A DNA stretch of 61,400 nt, counting the filler, from Perkinsus olseni (taxonomy: Eukaryota): assembly GCA_013115125.1 (NCBI GenBank). It is 3 parts of 3 records of this genome, joined end to end, with 100 filler letters (N's around TTAATTAATTAA, not from the genome) between each part and the next. Parts side by side here need not be neighbours in the genome. Positions count along the whole stretch, not along the records: positions 1 to 20,468 come from JABANN010000578.1; positions 20,569 to 40,973 come from JABANN010000579.1; 1 more part is not named here. The stretch is one strand, 5' to 3'. Positions 13,372-26,700 of the stretch are shown here, one piece after another. The notes beneath the pieces were generated by a model. That model was not told the origin of the DNA. It did not search any database and saw only the letters and a program-made list of their open reading frames with translations. Both the position numbers and the translations under genes were made by a program. Positions within the stretch are counted from its first letter, which is position 1; each line of letters opens with the position of its first letter.

Positions 13372-15140
13372 ATGCCAACATTACGTCGTCCCTATGGCTC
13401 ATAGATTGATAGGAGCCACTCTGGACGTACCAATCGTCATCGGCACCTACGCCTTCAAGAAGGGTGAGAATCTTTACCGGTGGCACGCTCTGGTACGTCC
13501 CAGGCCTCCCTCATTTGGTCGAAAAAGGTATCTTTCAGGTTAGAAGTGGCGACCTGGGAGCTCCATTGGAAGACTTATCGTAAGACTGCTCTTCCGGAGG
13601 CCCGGGTCCTTGAAACCATGATGGAGGTTCAAGGCGCCATCGTAGATACGTCATCAAGCGGGTAGACTTTCAGCTGCACGAGACCTTCTCAGTGCCGCAG
13701 AGGTCGGTCGAGAATACGCCCTTTATGGTGACTGAGGAAGGCTGGGGGGAATTTGATATCATTATCACCATCCATTTCGTGGACTCCAGTGAGAACCCGG
13801 TGCAGACGACCCACAAGCTCAAGTAGGCCTCTTCTTGCTGGTCGTGATCTTTATTATATTTTGGCTGTTACCCAGGGCAACCAGAACCCCGAACTGTTGC
13901 CCATGAGGTCGCACGTAATCAGTCATCGTAGCATTGTTGTATGGGAGAGTGTCATGCCAGTATTGAAATTCACCAAACTCTGAAACACCCGTGTAGGTGC
14001 CATCGAACTTAGTCGATTTAGTCAGTGCCTCGGCCGTCTTTTATTTTGTGTACTGCGGAAATCTCGCGCCATCACAGCACCTGATGTTCGCGAATCACCA
14101 TCGTTCGGTCATGCCCTATTCAGGCTGCATCATGATGCTAAAACGACGGGCATCAACCCTGCAGCCAGCCCAGTAGCACCCGCAGGAGCATCGCCGACGG
14201 GTGGACCGCCGCCACCGGGGACTCCGGAAGAAGGGAAGGGATATGCCGTGGTGAATGAGGCTTACATGGAGCTGCACTTCGAGCACCCTCATGCATGGTT
14301 TTACGATGCGGTACTAACATCTGGAGGCCTGCTCGGGTGGAGTTCAGTGTTGAGGAATTTGGAACTTCCTAATTGTTTACGCTAATAATGGTTTGGTTCA
14401 TGTTAACAATTTCGCAACACTTCGTAAAGAAAGTGCGCGTGTGGGTCGCTACCGGGGAATTCGGAGATGGCTTTGGGCGATGGCAATGAGAATACGTCTG
14501 CTGGAGCGTGTGCTCAACGCTGATGAGAATCGGTTAGGTGCAGCGGCACAGAGAGGAGCATAAGATACCGGTAGCACTCTCGGACCGACCAGCGTGGATG
14601 ACGGACTCCATCAAGGAATCTTTCGACATGATCTACCCCTTCTTCCAGGAGGTAGGGCTTCAGAATTGCTTCAAGTTTCATTCGAAGGTGTTGTAGTTTG
14701 ACGATCGGGAGGAGTATGAGTATCTTGCGGAAATGGAAGCCTTTGTGGACCAGCAAATAGCGTTACTACAGATGCAGTCCTCAATGGCCGAGACAGACTA
14801 CCGTAATAATAGTTACTCCCGTCCCTGCTGCCCCAGTCTGACCAGACTCTCGGCTGCCTTGAAATGCCTCACGAGTGATACCCTGCTGCATTCTTCGGGC
14901 TTCTGAACCACCTCTTCCGGCGATTCCTCTCCACCACAGGCACGTTACATTACCACATATTCCAGTGCCAGGGCCGGCTGCATGATCTTGAGGAAGGACT
15001 CAATTCTAGTGAGATCACTGTGCATCACTTTTGTTAGCATTGTCTTTCTCTCAGCACATGGAGGGAGGACCAATAGCGAGTTCGGAGGAGGTAGTAGAAC
15101 GAGGCTGCGGGGCTGGGGCCTACGGGCTCGGATAGGTTCT
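13372..15140 (+). CDS. YEATS-domain protein (Yaf9/GAS41-like); multi-exon; 3' end uncertain
   Basis: Exons read VPIVIGTYAFK, DLS-YVIKRVDFQLHETFSVPQRSVENTPFMVTEEGWGEFDIIITIHF and THKLKL, giving the YEATS LHETF...GWGEF signature. Confidence 0.85.
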
Positions 15141-15190
15141 CGGATAAGCTCTCGCATGGACTCGCGGATGAGCACTCGGATGGACTCACA
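15126..15190. repeat. Imperfect ~12-bp tandem repeat (ctcggat core, ~5 copies)
   Basis: gctcggataggt/tctcggataagc/tctcgcatggac/tcgcggatgagc/actcggatggac seen directly. Confidence 0.55.
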
Positions 15191-15665
15191 GTCACAGTTT
15201 TCCAGATTTTGAATGCTTGCTTGTCGTGCATGGTGTTTTAGAGTGCTTTCTCGAGATGGGCCGGAGTGTGTCTGGTTGCGAGTTCCAACGGGTATTGCGG
15301 TTTTTGTATCAGATTTTGGGGAGGTCCGCTCCTCGACGTCGAAGAAGCGAATTCGAGTTAAGAAATGACTTTTATGTGCATTATTTGAAGCCTCACAAAA
15401 TTTGTTACTCTTCAGTTCACGGGAACTTTTCCATCATACCAAAATCGCTGCTTTTGCGTTCTTATTGATATCAATATAAGCCTGATTGTCATCTCGGACG
15501 CTGCCGCTGTCTCTGGAACTTTCTTGTGGTTTTCGGAGAGTAGTTCTCATTACACAGGCTAGAGCGTAACATTCAATTTGTCTGAGTTGGAACGCTGGAG
15601 GGAGAGCAGGGTTTGTTCCATTAGTCGATACACCGTGGCTTTTGCGGTAGTTATTACATCCCAGC

Positions 15666-18600
15666 ATGCCCGTGAGTGGCGGCGGCCGTGGTGGAGGTGG
15701 TGATGGCGGCCGTAGAGCTTCCCGTGGTGGCACTCTAGCAGCAGCCTTCATCGGCCTGCTGGTTTCCCTCGCCTGCTTGACTACAGTGTTTCCGTTATTC
15801 GTGAGCCCATCAAGCGGGACTCTTGCTGGAGCTAGTATCAGTGGGCAGACCTTCCTCGCGGCGCGGAGTCAGAGTGAGGCAGAATCTCCGCGTCTGGCAT
15901 GATGGCAGGCACCCCCCTCTCAGGTGCAGGCCCGGTTCCTAGCGGCAGTTGGTCGTTCTCCGGTGTTGGTGGCTTGGCCAAATGGCTGCTGGCCTCAATG
16001 GGTATCCTTACCCTACTCAGTGCTGGTCGTAACAGAAGCAGCAGGAACACCGGGCGGAGGGCTGAAGTAGGAGTGCTTGGTCAGGCGGCTACTATAAGCT
16101 CCCTATTAGTGACGTTGGTTATCGTGTACAGTCGGTCCTGCTGGAAATTGGGTTATAGATTTAGCGGGCACCATCGGGTTCGGAATACTTGAGGGGATTT
16201 CGAAACACTGGGTATCAGTCCGAAACTTTATCTGGGCAATTTTCCGATGCGCAAACTTTCGGTTGGACAGACTGGATTGTGGGACGTACCATGTGCTGTG
16301 ATTATCACTCTCCATCTTACCAACTCCGTCGTAATGATTCCTGAGGTTTCTACTATTACTCTCGCGAGGGATAGCGGTTCATGACATGATCAGCGTTTGA
16401 TCTTGTGCATTCATAGAATCATAAGAGCTGTGATTCATGATGATGTGGGCGGCCTTGCTTCAGGGCAGCTCCTCGACATCGACGGACCCCTGGGTATTCC
16501 GGAAGCAGTTGCAGAGATCAGACAACTACTACAGACCAGATGCTACATCCTTGCGGAGTAAGGATCCGCGTAGATATCAGCGTAGTGGACGGTGGGAGCT
16601 CAGGCATGCGACAGCGTTTGAGGGAGGTCCACAACTCGAGCTTGGTGGAGGAGATCCAGTCCTCTCCTGGTTATACTCTGACAGTTGGCAACATCACCTT
16701 TAAGCTGGCCGAGGCGCATGGTAATAAGATCGGACTCAGGCTGTGTGGATTGTCGGGAGAGGCTCTCGCTGCTTGCATCATTGATCACTCCTGCCTGACA
16801 ATTGCATCGCTATTTTATATCTACCACTACAGTATCATTCGCATGGTTTATCTTCATATTAGAATACTACTGACTTTTCCTGGGCATGCCATGATCAAAA
16901 TAACCTTTTCTACGTGTAAAATTAAGTGATAACCGTTTCACATCCTGCCTGATGGCGCTACCACGAGGGTGTTCTCTTCATAGGATTCTGTTGGGGGGTG
17001 GAAAGAGCCGTAGCGATTGCTTACGAGTCGAGACGACGATATCCGGACAAGACCATCTGGATGACCAACGAGGTCATCCACAACCCTACTGTCAACCGTA
17101 ACCTCGAGAAACTTGGAATAAGGTAGGGATGAGTTTGTTCCGAGAAAGTGGAAGGCACTTTTTTGCTGCTAAGGTATATCCCCCGCGATGCGGCGAACCA
17201 AAAGGATTTCTCTGTTGCAGAGGCTGGGGACGTCGTGGTTCTCCCGGCTTTTGGTAGGGCGGGCTTATTGGTTGGGGCATAGCCTCCTGTTTACGTGGCA
17301 CAGAATCCCTTGCCGCAGCTCAAGAACCGCGCTTTATTATCATAGTGAGGAACGGTGGGATCGGCATAGACACTCTCCTAGCCTGGATTTTGTCGAACGT
17401 CGCTGACTCGTGAAGGCGGTATGGTATCGATTGAACCGTGCGGGGGGCCGCAGATTTTTCGGGAAGCCTCGCGAATCTGATTTGCAGTCTCCTCGCTGTT
17501 GTTTGATGTTATCAGTTGCCAACCTCGTGCTCTTGCAGGTGCCGCTGTAAAGGAGATGGTGGAATTGAAGAGGAAAGGCGTCATTATAGTGGACACTACA
17601 TGTCCCTGGGTCTCCAAGGTGAACAACTTCATCGGCTCGGATATTCTCTGTACTCGGCCGATGCGGCTCAGGTATGGTCGTCTGTGGAGCGTCATAAGAA
17701 GGGGGATTACACCTCTATTATTCATGGGAAGTCGAAGCATGAAGAGACCATAGCGACTAGCTCATTCGCCGAGAAGTAAGGCAGGGATAGTACAACTCTG
17801 AATATACTCGAGCTTGCGATCGGCAACGTGTGTGGAGGGGCGGTACCGTGGGGTGAAGATGGTCTCTGTAGGTATCTGATACTCAAGGACCTCAAGGAGG
17901 CTGAGTACGTCTGCAAGTTCATGTTGAACAGAAACAGAGAGCAGCTGGTGGATGCCTTCTTCGAGAAGTAAGGGGGGATTTCATGCGGCCTGGGATACGG
18001 TGCTGCCTCCGCGCTGCCTCGGTGGACACTGTGCAGTCCGTAGGACCCCACTCGGAAGGCTCTCGTCGTGTCACTAAAGCCTTCATGAGTGTTTCGTTCT
18101 AACTTGAGTACCATCTCTTCGCAGATTCCCAGCGGATCGATACTCCGCTGGCTTCGACCCTCTGAAGGATCTTGTGAAGGTCGGGGTGGCCAATCAGACG
18201 ACTATGCTCAAGGTAGTGTCTGCTCACATTGAGTCCGGTTACCCTTGCGAGACTTATCTTCGTGTTGATGGTTTCCTAAGGTTGGGCGTGCTCGGCCTGT
18301 CGTACTGGCTTCCTATTTGTCTTTGAATCGACTCCGCGGCAGAATTGCGTGGAACTCCCTCGTTCGAGTAGCGGAGGGTAGGACATGGCGCTGTTGTCGT
18401 CAGGGCGAGACGGCTCTGATCGCGAAGCTGTTCGAGAAGACGCTGCTACAGCTCTACGGCCCTGATAAGCTCAATGAACACTTTGTGGCCTTCAACACTA
18501 TTTGTGATGCAACACAGGAGCGGCAGGATGCCCTCTACAAGCTGGTACATCATTCCATGACGTACGGGGTCCAGGAGGTTGTTTCCTTTAGGTGGGTGAG

Positions 18601-19515
18601 CATTACGAGCAGCCGCAGTCGGATATGCTGGACGAATTTGGTATCGGTAGCCAGGTGCCGAAGCCTGATGACACTCAGGTAGGATGCAACGGTCTTTGGG
18701 TTGCAGACGGTGGTGATAGTTTTCCGGGGTCTTGAATACTAGTGGCTGGACTCCCCTGAGTTGTTGTGAAATTAGGGCTCGTCCTGGTTATGACGAGTAC
18801 TGTTGTTAGTCTTGTCGTTTCTCGTGTCCTGATTGCTCCTTCTTAGGCTTCTTCCGATTCCGAGCAGCTAGACATGATGCTGGTAGTGGGAGGCTTCAAT
18901 AGCAGTAACACCGAGCATCTGCAAGAGGTAACGTACGGGCGTTAGGAAATAGTGTAAGATTGCAAGAGAGCAAGTAGCCTGTCAGATATCGGTGGAAGCT
19001 GCCGGAGTGAAGGACCATCGGGCATTCCATATCGACGGGCCCGCTCGTATTGATGAGGTGCACAACACCATCACTCACAAGCCGGTGGAGACGCCACCAA
19101 GTAAGTTCGGTCGTCCTTTCCGCTGGCGTGCTCGTGGCTTCAGCAGTGCGGCGATGCTAGGTCGGCCAAAGCTCGTACCGTATCTTGAGATGGAGTATTG
19201 CTTTCATCATTCAGTTGAGGCAGCTCGGAACCACGGCCTGGCGGTGACGCACGACTTCCTTCCTGGTCATGGCCAGCATATAACGATTGGAGTCACCAGC
19301 GGAGCCTCCACTCCTGATGACGTAGGCGGCGCACTCGGGCCCTGCTGACAGGACTTTCATGCCGGTTGTGTGAGGGTCTCCTCTATCCAGTCTGGTTCTT
19401 CCTGGTGGACCTCTGCGTCGCTCTTCCAATCAATAAGGAGGCTCAGGTACTCGAGAAGTGTCTGCAGAAGCTGTTGCGGACGAAGATGCTCCTAGACAGC
19501 AAGCAGCTCTCGTGA
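15666..19515 (+). CDS. ispH: 4-hydroxy-3-methylbut-2-enyl diphosphate reductase (HDR/LytB), plastid/cyanobacterial type, with long targeting leader; multi-exon
   Basis: [101 protein letters not shown] and [11 protein letters not shown]. All three Fe-S cysteines are present; stop at 19513-19515. Confidence 0.96.
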
Positions 19516-20394
19516 TAACGATGACGGCGTAGTCGAGAATGTTAGCTTCTGAGTTTCTCTATGTGATACGAGATGCTTTCTGTTGTCAATCCGAGGCGTG
19601 TGCGGCGAGTTTCCTTTAACTACAGTGGTATCGGCACAGTCGTTGCGGTAGGATCGCAAGGTACTTGGTGTCTATGGTTCCGAGGACATCTTCATCAGAG
19701 AGTAGGCCGTAGCCGGTTCGATCCTCCCTCCGTCAATGTGTCCGTTGGGTGTTACTTCTCTTCCTTAGTGGCTTCAGTTGCCCTCCTGCCTTGTCCCTCC
19801 ACCAGGTATCGTGAGCTCATGTGCCAGCGTTTACTCGGCATATCTTACGCATCGAACTCGCAGGCCGAGTCCACACGGGATGCGAACAATCTGATCATGT
19901 TGAAGAAGATGTTCGGGAAGGACGCTCTACAGCCTTGCGATGTGAGTAGAAGACTATTCCTTAGCTGATACGCTTAGAGCTGGTCTGAGTCTTCACAAGC
20001 ATCGGTACGTTACGCTACCTCATATTCATGTTGTCGCTGTTGTCTTTCATATTTGCCATAGGACGCTGGCTGGGACACCTGTGGGACCATTTGTATTCTG
20101 GATGATGGCTATCCAGGAGATGTTGGGCACGCCGGTAAGTTGGCTTGCCATAATGGAGGTGCACAGCTAGACGAACGATGATGCGGAGATCGGTCCTTCC
20201 TCGATGTTGTCGGGAATTCTGTTCAATTCTATCGTTCCCTCAAAACGAAAAACCTGTTTGTTTGTTAGCTGTCAGCTGTAAACACCATTCCTATCGCCGC
20301 CAAAGACCGATCCTTCGCGCTTCACAGCTCACAGCTTGCGGTACTCGCTCTCCTCGACCCAAACTGCTGACTCTGTAACACAACACGAGGTGGC

Positions 20395-20397
<3 letters not shown>

Positions 20398-20467
<70 letters not shown>

Positions 20468-20468
20468 C
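20398..20468. repeat. (CAA)n microsatellite at contig end
   Basis: Perfect CAA run abutting the N gap. Confidence 0.97.
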
Positions 20469-20568
20469 NNNNNNNNNNNNNNNNNNNNNNNNNNNNNNNN
20501 NNNNNNNNNNNNTTAATTAATTAANNNNNNNNNNNNNNNNNNNNNNNNNNNNNNNNNNNNNNNNNNNN
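20469..20568. other. Artificial contig linker (44 N + TTAATTAATTAA + 44 N)
   Basis: Exactly 100 nt; the 12-mer places stops in all six frames; an identical structure occurs at 40974-41073. Confidence 0.97.
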
Positions 20569-20569
20569 G

Positions 20570-20639
<70 letters not shown>
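20569..20639. repeat. (GTT)n microsatellite at contig start
   Basis: Perfect GTT run after the gap. Confidence 0.97.
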
Positions 20640-20745
20640 ACTTTAACACAAGATGGTCCTTCTAAGGAAATGGACGACGTTTAGGGAACAATATTATCTG
20701 GTAAATACGTGAGCTATCGTGAGATAGCTGGCTGGTGAATGATCA

Positions 20746-23700
20746 TCACAACTTCCGCTGCTTGAGACCACGCCATTCTTGAACTTTCTCCTTCATAGCT
20801 CTCTTCCGCTTTTCGACCTTCACTGCCCTCTTAGCCAACCTCCTCTCGGCCGTCTCTTGAGGGTTAACAATCGCATCAGCCTTCTCGTCCGCCCTACGCT
20901 TCTGTCTGGATCGCACTACTATTCCACGCATCTGAAGTTAATCATGTTACATGCCAGGTGGTCTGCCCATACGTCTACCGCTTACCTCTACGAGCTCCGT
21001 GTTCCATTTATTATACAGCGTCGCTCCGCCTGCCTTGCGTATCCATTTACCCATGGACTCCACTGCCTGATTGGCAATGGCGCAGACTCTCCTGATGCCA
21101 GTGTAGGGCCGCAGCTTGGCTAAATCCGTAAGACTACTCGCTTGGCCAACTGAGAGGATGACGATGGTGCTGAGCGATGTTCCCCCCTGTTCTTACTTTG
21201 GTCCTCCCCTTCTTGAGCTGGTCTGACGGTAGATATTCTAACCAAGGTAGATAGTAGTGGCTTGAGGAGCCCAGCTTCATCCGAGCATAATACATCAGGG
21301 GTTACCAGTACAGCACTAGCACAGACTAGCTTCAGCAATGCCCCTAGACGTACAATACCACCACTACGCTTATAGGCTGCCAACAACTTCCTTGTCTCGT
21401 AGCTGGTACGTACAAGTAGCCACCTCAAACGCGGCGGCACTCTTGCCGAGCTCTCTGGTGGTAGCTCTACAACTATATCTCCGTCCCCACCATCCTCATC
21501 GTTGTGATGCTCGTCCTCAGCTAGTAGGCCCATATCAGCTACACCCTCTCCTGCATCCTCCGTGTCACTAACATCCTCCTCATCAGCAGCAGCGGAGGCC
21601 TTCCCATCACCATCAGCAGCAGCAGATTCAGTCGATGGTTCGACGTCCTCATCCGTCTCTTCCACATCGGTATCATCAACCTCCTCGTTTACGTCCTCCT
21701 CATCCTCCGCCTCCTCATCAGAGACTATTTCGGTCCTCGAGCTCTGGTCACGTTGAGCACAGGAGAGTACAGCGACAGTGGCCCGTACTGATGCAGATGC
21801 CACTTCAGGGTGCTCTCCAGCGAAAGGAGAATAGCAAGCTGCTGTGAGCCGAGGGATGGCACCTTCAGGTACGTACGAGTCTGTAGCGCTATGCTTGTTA
21901 GAGTCCCCGAACTGATTGAGTAGCTCAGTGTCCACAGCAGACTCGGGGATCGTCCATTCATTACGAACATCACAGTATTCAGTAACGGTTCGTAGGGCTG
22001 CTAGCCTGACCCAAGGGTGAGGAGCTTGTGTGCCAGCAGGACCAAGAGCGAGCTGCATGAAGGCATTACCGTTCTCGTCCAATGCACCTGCTGCCTTATG
22101 GTAACCTCCAGCCTCAAAGGCTATAAGTAGCTCATAGAGTGTATGCCAGTAGCTGAGCTGTTGTGATGACGAGGAGATCTGCCCTAGACGGATGACAGCC
22201 TCTCTTAATACAGCAACTATACCAGCATCAGAGGAGTCAGCACAGGTGAGACAGAACTCTCCGAAGGCTCCGAGTAGTTTAGGATTATCAGCCTTGCTCC
22301 AACTGATGACCTTACCCCGTAGTGTAGGCCTTAGATGAACCTTCTCGACCACCACCTTGACAAGCTCTCTAAGCATAGACCTGCACCGATCATCAGTCTC
22401 CCCAGCAGCCCCGGCTAAGGAGGTTAGGGTAAGCATGAGAGAGAACTCCTTGAGGACTTCTGCAGGCATTTGCAGCGCTAAGGAATGTAGAGCATTGATG
22501 CAGTAGCGCCTCGTGGGAGGGGCGCAAGTAGGATTAGGGGAATTAGCGCACGCTGCTGCCACACGGACCAATGATGCTATCTTGGCTGTGAGCGACTGTG
22601 TGGTGTGGGGATAATCTATTAGCCACTTGCAGACTATCTGCCCACAGAGAGCACCAAGGGAGTCATCATTGTAGTAGGTCCCACCAGCACCACAGAGCAG
22701 ATTCTCCAGCACTACATTACAGACAGTATACAGTTGTACCACCAACTGTGAGTGGCCTGCCTTACCAGAGCTCTTCGTACGCTTAGTAGAGGCCTCACTT
22801 GGTGGGGACACTCTAGGCATAATAACCCGACGTAGCATAGTCATTGCACTCATCCTTAGCTTAGGATGTTCGTTAACACATAGTTCCACATGAGCTAGTA
22901 GCGCCAATAACAGCTCTTCATTACATTTGATAATACCAACAGTACCGGTAAGGAGGCTGCATAACAGCTTCGTACAAGTAGCAACTATCGACGATGCTGC
23001 ACTACTATGAGTTGACTGTTGACGCTTAGCTTGTACTACAGTAAGATCTCTAGAGAGGGATGCCCCAGCACTATAGAACTGTACCATCTTCAGGACACTT
23101 CTCACGATACCCAGGGTCTCCTTAGCACTGAGGACTTCTAGCAGAGGGTTGTTAGGAGCGCTGCCTGATGATGAATCGCCAGCATCCTCTTTCGGAGTAG
23201 AGTATTTCATGCAGGATATCAAGCGACTGAGGGATCTAGCTGCAGGGACGAAGACATCATCAACCTTGCTAACGGTAATGAAATAGGCTACTGGTGATAG
23301 TACACCACGCAGGGTGCCTTCATCACTCAGGAGAGTAGCTGTCGACCGTCCACCACGCTTGAGCAGACCCTCTAGCAGCTTCAAGCCGACCTCTGCAGCG
23401 GCACTACCTCGTATAGTAGCATCATAACGCTGTGTACTACCACCAGTGCCAGCCTTCTTCCACTCCTCAGAGACCCAAGCACCACGGCCAGTGGCCGCAC
23501 CAGGCAAGACAGTAACAGCCTCCTCCTTCTTGGTCTTCATAGTACCACTCTTACCCTCTTGTTTAGCGCTCTCGGGATCTATAATGGCAGCATTGGCAGA
23601 GAAGAGATCTGCTTCCTCAAAGTCACACTTATCCTCGAGAACACTGACAGCGCGGGTTAATACACGTTGGCACTGTTGGAAGTCTAAGGGGGACTGGGAT

Positions 23701-26700
23701 TCCAATATGCCACTCGTCAGCTGTAGCATAGAGGTTCTAACACGACGGGCAAACCTAGCACCACCAACCCCACCAGCATGCTGACTAGACCATGCACCCT
23801 CTCGGACATCATCCAGCTCAGTACCGATAAGTCTACCATATAGAGGTTTCATAAGGCCATCTAGTACCTTCTCAATAGGCATAGCTTTACCTACTGCCTC
23901 TAAGATAGCATTAGCCTTAGGTCTAGCCGCTTCGGACACTTGCTTGGCCAGCATAGGGTTCTCCTCAGTACCTTGGGTAGATTCAGCTCTACCCTGCATC
24001 GACAACCATCTAGCTTCCTCCATAGCATAGATACCCATAACCTCCTTCAAGAAGGCTTCCACGCCCTCGCCATCCTCTAGTGTAGCCGAGTCAATGATCT
24101 TACTAGCAGTAAATACAGCAACAGGAGTCTGATAACCACCACGAGCTAGCCTTGTACGTATAGTTCGGAGCATGAAGGTAATCTGCTTAAGACTGGTGGC
24201 AGCTGCCGCCATGCGAGATAGGGCATCCCTTGCTTTCCTTCTGTCCTCCAGCTCTCGCGATAGTAAACCTCCTACTACCACACCAGTGAGCTTATTAAAC
24301 TCACTACCGAAAACGTCAGCATCCATGAGGCTGAGTACCTCCAGCATTGCTGATACCATACTCACCCGGACGGTGACGCCTGTATCTTGCTGACCGGGCC
24401 GGCTGCCTTGATGATGTGGCTGCTTCTCAGTACCAACCTGCTGCCCTGCCTCATCCTCAGTCTTCTGCTTGGAATATACTAGACGTCTGAGCGTCGGCAA
24501 TACTGTGGACTTGAGGTTGCTTATCTTCTCCGGCAAATCATCCCGCTGTGCAAGCCCTTGAACAGCCGCTGACACCCCCTTCAGGAGGGCTTTCTCCACT
24601 TGCTCAGGACTCAGTCCACGTCTACCAATACCACGATTCTTCAGACCCTTGCGACTGACTCCACCCGGCTTCAGCTGACCACCTAGCCATCGGAATAGAT
24701 TGATGACTCTGGTCCAACTAAGGTCCTTGGCAGCTAGCTTGATGATACCAGTAGACACGTCCACCAAGTTATGGTCGTCAGGGCTGTTTCTGATATGATA
24801 TCTACCCAATGGTAGCAGTAGATGGGCAATGGTGGACTTGCTGAGATCATCCTCGAGAGCCAATATCCTTACCAGTGCCCTATGCTGCCTAGACTTCTGC
24901 AGATGGTAGAGATCGTCCAACGTACCCTGCTCGGCTAGTGGTATCAACTCTACATGGAGTAGCTGAGCCCATGTAGCATTGCCTGAATCATCCTCAGAAG
25001 TGCTACTACGGTCATGTGCCTCATCCCACCCCTGGGCTACAGCGAACGGTGCCATATTTGTACAGTAGGCAGCTATAATCCTGATACCACTATTCACTAC
25101 AACCTCAGCTGGATGGTCTAGTAGCTTCCTCGACCAGGGTATGATAAGACCTCTCACTAGAGCTAACAGAGTAGTATCTTCACTTCTATCATTGCTGCAC
25201 TTGCATAGGGCATCCTCAATCAAGCGTCTAACACCGAAGTCACATGTAGGCTCCCGTAGCTGCCATAACATATGCCTTAGGATAGGTGCCTGCACCCACC
25301 ACCATGTTGATACACCTTCACAGGCTGGGCCTAGAATCAGATTCAGACCATCAACTTGCTTATCGAAGTCAGGCTCCCCACCAAGCCTATTGATAGCAGT
25401 GAGCTGCTGTAGTAGCTCTGACACCTTCACTGTGGTCTGATCAGTCTTGCCCATACGCTCATATACTATACCAAGTGCGAGGGCTATCTGATGTCTCGTA
25501 CCCAGCCCTGCTACTGTCGATAGAGCTCTCGTCAATACACAAGATACTTGACTATTGTCTTGGGAAGGACTCCACATCTTCAGCAGGCCTCCGTTAACAA
25601 GGGTGTCGAGTATGGATGCAGCGGCCTTAGCTACATCCTGTGGCTTCTTATCCCTACCCTTCAGGGTCTCTAGCTGGGCACACAGTAGCTCCACAAGTGT
25701 TGTTGCTGTAGCCTCCCTCTCACATAGTGGTGCTAGTATAGTGAGAGCCTTGAGGACCTCTGGATTACCCAACTCGCTACTACCAAGGGACAGCAGTACC
25801 TCATCAATATGCTTCTTAATAATACCCTCACCCTCCTTCAGAGCATCTGAATACACCTCCTCTAAGGCCCTGAGCTCCGCCCCTTCATCCTCCTCCTCAT
25901 CCTCTCTGTCATCCCCTTGATGCCTACGTAGCCGCCTCCTACGCAATCTAGTAGCCTTCTGATAGCTAACCCCTCTACGTGTTAGCTTATCCTCAGCTAT
26001 TTTGAATAGACCAGCTGCCTCAGAGCCCCCTCTTAGCAGCAGCGTCACCAGCCTGCATGCATCATTCAGGCACTTATCAGAGTTGCCTCCGTTCACGAAT
26101 ACCATCGGTAGGAAGTTCGGTGCTAGATCGTTGAATAGATGGAATAGTGCACCATCGCTAGCTATCGATAGGAATAGACTGAGGACCAGACTACTCTCCC
26201 CAGCATGGGCCATACCATCCATCCACTCGCTAATGTCATCCTTTAGTGGCAGCAGTATAGTACCATAGTCAGCATCTTTCGGATGCTTCTCTAGTAAGCC
26301 ACACAATAGCTGTACTATCAGTTTACGTACAGTATTAGTAAACTCAGCATCATAGTGAGCACCCTTAACATCATCACTCCAAAGGCTAACCAACCCTTTA
26401 CCTATCCTCGGTACATGCATACTCAGTCGTGCCCCCATGGCCTTCTGGACGTCCTTCAACGCTTTAAGGTAACCGATACAGCACTTCCTCAGATCACCAT
26501 TGAGAGGAGCCTCCATAGCATCAAGGAATATCGCCAAATCCTCAACCCTGCCTCCAGCTATATAGGTGAGGATCTGCCCTCGTCTAGTGGCCTGTGTCTG
26601 GCCGTGCTTGTCTATACCGCCACCTTTAGCTGATAGCTTACCAAGGAGAATACAGTATATAACCGTTACCACCTGAAGATGATATTGTGGAGGTACACCT

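Noticed and set aside
15896..15902. Apparent stop/frameshift (overlapping ORFs 15666-15902 and 15899-16192) in the IspH leader, suggesting recoding
   Set aside because: Fully explained by a canonical 35-nt GT-AG intron at 15874-15908.
19711..19735. B-box-like GGTTCGATCC preceded by CCGTAGCC (start of a spliced-leader-like string)
   Set aside because: No T-stem pairing, and the SL similarity ends after 8 nt; compatible with chance. I saw no SL RNA or SL relic in the window.
19800..20135. Exon-like fragments (MLKKMFGKDALQPCD|DAGWDTCGTICIL)
   Set aside because: Too short to assign to a gene or element; no start or coherent model.
20336..20524. Poly-Q ORF (and the poly-T ORF at 41018-41248)
   Set aside because: Translation of microsatellites running into artificial linkers.
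20513..20524. Palindromic TTAATTAATTAA occurring twice
   Set aside because: Assembly spacer embedded in N runs, not biological.
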